A stretch of DNA of 44,678 nucleotides from a virus (Duplodnaviria; Caudoviricetes). Position numbers and translations under genes: made by a program. The DNA lies in IMG/VR virus record IMGVR_UViG_3300044878_000164, positions 1-44,678 of that record. One strand, given 5' to 3'. Below the pieces are notes generated by a model. The model made no database searches. It saw nothing but the letters and a program-made list of their open reading frames with translations, and was not told the origin of the DNA. Positions 40,784 to 44,678 of the stretch are shown one piece after another (the first letter of the stretch is position 1; every line of letters begins with the position of its first letter).

Positions 40784-43654
40784 TTGTCGTACACCGACAG
40801 CATCAGCACCAGATGGGTTGTGGGCCAGTTCCTTGCCGGCGTCACGGACGGCGTGGACGCGGACCAGGAACCGGACGGCATCCCGGCGCAGGGGACCGTC
40901 ACTTTCACGGCATCGCCGGCGTACCTCCCGGTCCCCGTGGCGGATCCGAACCCGTTCACTGTCCTGCCCCAGCCGCGCATCGCAGTGTTCGACGGGGCAG
41001 GCTACCTCTGCACGCCTACCCCGGGCACCAAGGACCCCGCGTACCGTGGGATGCGGCTGGAAACGACCAACGACGCGGACTCGTCCGTGGTGGACTGGAC
41101 TTGGTCCGCCGTCTACAACATCACGAACAGCGTCCGACCCGTCCCGACCCACAGCTTCGCGCTGCCGGCCAGCGACCTCGCGCTGGACCTGACGACCGTC
41201 GTCAAGGTCCCGTCCTCCGCGGGGCTCGGCACGGAGCAGGCCGAAGCCCTGGCGGCGACGGCTCAGGCTGCAGCGACCCAGGCAGCATTGGAAGCCGAAG
41301 CAGCAGCAGCGGCTGCCGAGTCCGCGGCCGGCGCCGCGCAGGTCACGGACTCTAACATCAGCGCCCTCATCACCAACCCGGCGACGGACACGGCGCAAGC
41401 CACAAAGGCGTTGGTGGACGAAGCGGCCGCCACGAAGCTCGAAGCCGAAGACGCCGCGGCAACGTACCAGCAGATCAGCACCCTTGGTGCGGCTCTCGCT
41501 GTGCAGGCAGCCACGGATGGCACGGGCACCAATACCGCGATCAAAGACATTGCGGACACGGCGGCGGCCGCAGCGGCAGGCCCGAAGCTCAACACCGCCG
41601 ACCTGGACGCATCAAACGCAGCGCTCGTGAACAACAGTGGTTCCGCATGGTGGACTGCCCTGCTGGTCTGGCTGAAAACGATCTTTTCCGGCAAGCGTGA
41701 AATCGTCGTCAACGTCACCGAGTTCGGCGCGAAGGGCGACTGGGTTAGCGGCACGGGCACCGGCACCGACAACCTGGCCGCCTTCAACGCCGCCTACGCC
41801 TACGCTGCCTCCATCACCGGATATGCGGTCAAGCTCTACATCCCCGCAGGTAAGTACCGGCTCAGCGACACATGGAACATTTACAGGTCATCGGCCAGTA
41901 CAAACGCGATCACCATTGAGGGCGCGGACGCGCTGAGCACGTTCCTTGTCAGCGACTTCTACGGGGCCGGGAAGGCCCTCGTCTCGTGCGTTGACCCCGC
42001 CAAGACATCCCGGTCGTACGCCACTAACCTCCGAAAGCTACAGTTCCGCTACGCGGTCCTCGCAGGGGCTGTCCCGGTATATCTGGACGTGATGGGTGCA
42101 GGCGAATCGCGATTCGAGGAACTTCGGTTCAACTCGGGCAACAACACCCACTTCCGGGCGTCCAGTTTGCAGAACGTGCGCATGCGGGACGTTGTTTCGT
42201 TCTACGGTGGCGACCACTTCAACTACAAGGCAACGGACGCGCTCACGTTTGACGTTACCAGCGGCGGGGCTGTCACTGCGTCAGCGGCGATCTTCGCGGC
42301 AGGCGACGTTGGAAAAATCTTCAACGTCTTCCCAGCCACGGAAGACCAGCGGATCAAGTACGCCATCAGCGCCGTTGCCGATTCGACCCACGCGACCGTG
42401 ACGATCGGGACGGGCGGGACGATCATTGCTGCCACCGCTGCTAAGGGGTACTTCGAAGCGGCGCAGGCGTCGATGACCTCAGGGTCCACAACGCTGACAG
42501 CGGACGCGCCCTGCTTTACCGCATCCGATGTTGGCCGGGTGATCTACGTCCGCGGCGCTCGCGCCGGATCATGGGGCGCGGGCAACCTCCGGGCCACCAT
42601 CGCCGCCTACACCAATGCCAGCACTGTCACCCTGGACACGGCAGCGGACCTGACCGTGGCCCGGGTACCGTTCACCACGCCGGCCGTGGACTTCTATAGC
42701 ACCCCCGGCGCCAGCGTCCTGAACGCGGACTCCAATGACGTGAAGATCGACCTGCTTCACATCGAGAACTACTCCGGCGTTGGCCTCTGCACTACCCCGA
42801 ACATCTTCTTCCACATCGACAAGATGAAGATTCACGGCGAGCATGACCCCGTTGACATCAGGCACTCCACCGCAGCCATGTGGCTGGATGACTATGCGGG
42901 GACCATCAATGGCGAGCTGGACGGCGCAGCGACCGGTGACTCCCGGATTCATATCTCGGACATGAACGACACACTCACCTTTGAATGGCTGGCCACCCGC
43001 CGCGTCCGCGGCGAGACCATCTTCAAGGCTGAAACCATGACCGACCCTAAGGGGTTTGTTGAGGTCAAGTCGTTCACCGCCTACAAGACCACCACATCTG
43101 GCAACCCGTTCGACCTCGTCGCGGATCCGAACGCGCAGCCTCGCATTGTGTTCACGGGGTTGGTCAACATGCTGGGCGACTCGCTCCCGCCACGCATCTA
43201 CAACGGCAAGGACAACTACACCACCCCGCAGGGCATGCTCACCCTGCCGGGGGCGACTATCACGGGGCCGAACGGCGGGCGTCTGGTCCTTGAAGATCAG
43301 GGCACAAAGAAGTACAGCCTGGGTAATACAGTCGGCGGCGGAACATCGTTCACCATCACAGACGAATCGCTGGCCCTGGTGCGGCTGCTGATTGCCAGCA
43401 CTGGGGCGATCACCCCGGGCGCAAACAACACCCAGCCGCTCGGCACGACCGCGACGCGCTGGTCAGACGTGGCATCCAACCAGTTCACGGTGGGTGCAGC
43501 TGGCATCACCACCACGACGGGCGTCGGCACCCCCGAAGGTGTAGTTGCTGCCCCAATCGGCAGCACCTACATCAACACGTCTGGTACCGCCGGGACCATC
43601 AAGTACGGCAAGAAAACCGGATCGGGAAACACCGGATGGGTCGCCATCTGGTGA
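40784..43654 (+). CDS. Tail spike / depolymerase (pectate-lyase-like beta-helix)
   Basis: N-terminal anchor, Ala-rich stalk, VNVTEFGAKGD...TDNLAAF...LYIPAGKY, C-terminal GTPEGVVAAPIGS...K..G.GNTGW. Confidence 0.8.
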   Translation: MSYTDSISTRWVVGQFLAGVTDGVDADQEPDGIPAQGTVTFTASPAYLPVPVADPNPFTVLPQPRIAVFDGAGYLCTPTPGTKDPAYRGMRLETTNDADSSVVDWTWSAVYNITNSVRPVPTHSFALPASDLALDLTTVVKVPSSAGLGTEQAEALAATAQAAATQAALEAEAAAAAAESAAGAAQVTDSNISALITNPATDTAQATKALVDEAAATKLEAEDAAATYQQISTLGAALAVQAATDGTGTNTAIKDIADTAAAAAAGPKLNTADLDASNAALVNNSGSAWWTALLVWLKTIFSGKREIVVNVTEFGAKGDWVSGTGTGTDNLAAFNAAYAYAASITGYAVKLYIPAGKYRLSDTWNIYRSSASTNAITIEGADALSTFLVSDFYGAGKALVSCVDPAKTSRSYATNLRKLQFRYAVLAGAVPVYLDVMGAGESRFEELRFNSGNNTHFRASSLQNVRMRDVVSFYGGDHFNYKATDALTFDVTSGGAVTASAAIFAAGDVGKIFNVFPATEDQRIKYAISAVADSTHATVTIGTGGTIIAATAAKGYFEAAQASMTSGSTTLTADAPCFTASDVGRVIYVRGARAGSWGAGNLRATIAAYTNASTVTLDTAADLTVARVPFTTPAVDFYSTPGASVLNADSNDVKIDLLHIENYSGVGLCTTPNIFFHIDKMKIHGEHDPVDIRHSTAAMWLDDYAGTINGELDGAATGDSRIHISDMNDTLTFEWLATRRVRGETIFKAETMTDPKGFVEVKSFTAYKTTTSGNPFDLVADPNAQPRIVFTGLVNMLGDSLPPRIYNGKDNYTTPQGMLTLPGATITGPNGGRLVLEDQGTKKYSLGNTVGGGTSFTITDESLALVRLLIASTGAITPGANNTQPLGTTATRWSDVASNQFTVGAAGITTTTGVGTPEGVVAAPIGSTYINTSGTAGTIKYGKKTGSGNTGWVAIW

Positions 43655-43666
43655 CACCAACGACGC

Positions 43667-43695
43667 GTGGCCCCGGAGCGCAAGCCCGGGGCCAC
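43667..43695. terminator. Hairpin after the tail spike gene
   Basis: GTGGCCCCGG-AGCGCAAGC-CCGGGGCCAC. Confidence 0.5.
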
Positions 43696-43731
43696 ACCCA
43701 TGCCGCCAAGGAGGCGCAATGAAAGACCCCC

Positions 43732-44187
43732 ATGATTGAGGGCCTGAAGAGGCCCGAACGGCGCGTCATGATCGGCCGGAACATCATCCTCACCATGGGC
43801 GCGCTCTACGCGTTCCGGCAAGCCGCCTACTACGCCACCATTCCTCCCGAAAGCCTTTCTGGAGCGCAGGAAATCATCACCGCGGACGGGCATGCGCTCG
43901 GGGCGTGGTCGGCGCTCTGGGGCGTCGTGGCGATCCTCTGCGTCGTGGACATGGTCAACCGCCACACCAGACAAGGGCTAAGCCTCCTCGCAGGGGTGGC
44001 GCTCGGCTGGGGCATCGGCTACCTGCTCATATGGGCGTTCGACGGGTTCCAGGACTTCGCCCTCGTGAACTCCGCCATCGGCTGGCTCGCCCCGTCCGTG
44101 TTCATCTTCGGATTCGTGGCGAAGGTCAGCGCGCTCCAAGACATGATCACGGAGCTACAGGGCACCCGCCGGACCGAGGGGAACTGA
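43732..44187 (+). CDS. Multi-pass membrane protein of the lysis cassette
   Basis: About 4 transmembrane segments; the start could be the upstream in-frame ATG (MKDP) after GGAGG. Confidence 0.7.
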   Translation: MIEGLKRPERRVMIGRNIILTMGALYAFRQAAYYATIPPESLSGAQEIITADGHALGAWSALWGVVAILCVVDMVNRHTRQGLSLLAGVALGWGIGYLLIWAFDGFQDFALVNSAIGWLAPSVFIFGFVAKVSALQDMITELQGTRRTEGN

Positions 44188-44477
44188 TGGACTGGGCACA
44201 AATAGGCCCCGGCGTCCTCGTGGCCGGCATCGGCTTCGGCGGGGCGTGGATGACCTCAAAGATCCAGAACAAGGGCCGCCCCGAGAATGCGCTCATCGAC
44301 CAGCTGCAGGAAGAACTCACCCGGCAGGGCGGCCGCATCGACGGCCTCGAAACTGAGCAGAGAAAATCCAAGCGCCGCGAAATGATCCGCGACAACTACA
44401 TCAACCGGCTCCGCGACCACATCAACGCCGGCAACCCGCCCCCGCCGCCCGAATGGCCGCCGGACCTCTACGACTAG
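44187..44477 (+). CDS. Membrane-anchored coiled-coil protein of the lysis cassette
   Basis: One transmembrane helix, coiled coil, Pro-rich C-terminus; TGATG overlap. Confidence 0.7.
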   Translation: MDWAQIGPGVLVAGIGFGGAWMTSKIQNKGRPENALIDQLQEELTRQGGRIDGLETEQRKSKRREMIRDNYINRLRDHINAGNPPPPPEWPPDLYD

Positions 44478-44485
44478 GAGCACGC

Positions 44486-44678
44486 ATGGGCTACACGCAG
44501 ACAGTCACCCCGAACCCCAACATCCCGTGCCAGCCGGGCTGGTGCCTGCAATACGTCCGGCAAGCGTTCGGGCTCCCCGCACGGCATCCGACCGCGACCG
44601 CCGCGTGGGAGGCGTCCGCGAGCAAGCACCGGGACCGCAAGTTTCCCGCCGGGCTCTGGCTGCCCGTGTGGTTCTCCC
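44486..44678 (+). CDS. Endolysin, 5' part (continues at base 1 through 690)
   Basis: AGGAG RBS; in frame with ORF 1-690 via the terminal overlap. Confidence 0.8.
   Translation, partial: MGYTQTVTPNPNIPCQPGWCLQYVRQAFGLPARHPTATAAWEASASKHRDRKFPAGLWLPVWFS
44552..44678. repeat. Terminal direct repeat (right copy)
   Basis: Identical to 1-127. Confidence 0.97.

Noticed and set aside
1-44678. CRISPR array, DGR/reverse transcriptase, IS element, intron or intein
   Set aside because: No repeat-spacer array, RT or transposase motifs seen; TerL and DnaB have normal lengths.

Overview
This window is a complete, circularly permuted genome of a high-GC temperate siphovirus or excised prophage of Actinomycetota. 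The host is probably in the Micrococcaceae (Arthrobacter-like); this is inferred from the SSB and gene content. Bases 1-127 are identical to 44552-44678, so the unique circle is 44,551 bp and the endolysin spans the junction. Gene order: lysis end (endolysin, holin); accessory SGNH hydrolase; attP (3' half of tRNA-Val(TAC) with arm-type repeats); tyrosine integrase, degenerate ImmA-like gene and repressor, divergent from cro; early, recombination and replication genes (Xis, AAA ATPase, HNH, SSB, C5 MTase, replication initiator with internal iterons, DnaB, RusA, N6-adenine MTase); a putative late regulator; a ~670 bp non-coding, highly structured RNA region with two tRNA-like elements; terminase, portal, head and tail genes with a -1 frameshifted chaperone; two tail-associated carbohydrate-active proteins; lysis genes. 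The least explained parts are the structured RNA region (19876-20549), a 10-bp-periodic GGGAAACCTA motif at most promoters, a LexA-type box paired with a degenerate ImmA, and an unannotated antisense zinc-ribbon microgene in the head module. All calls come from reading the sequence; no searches were run.
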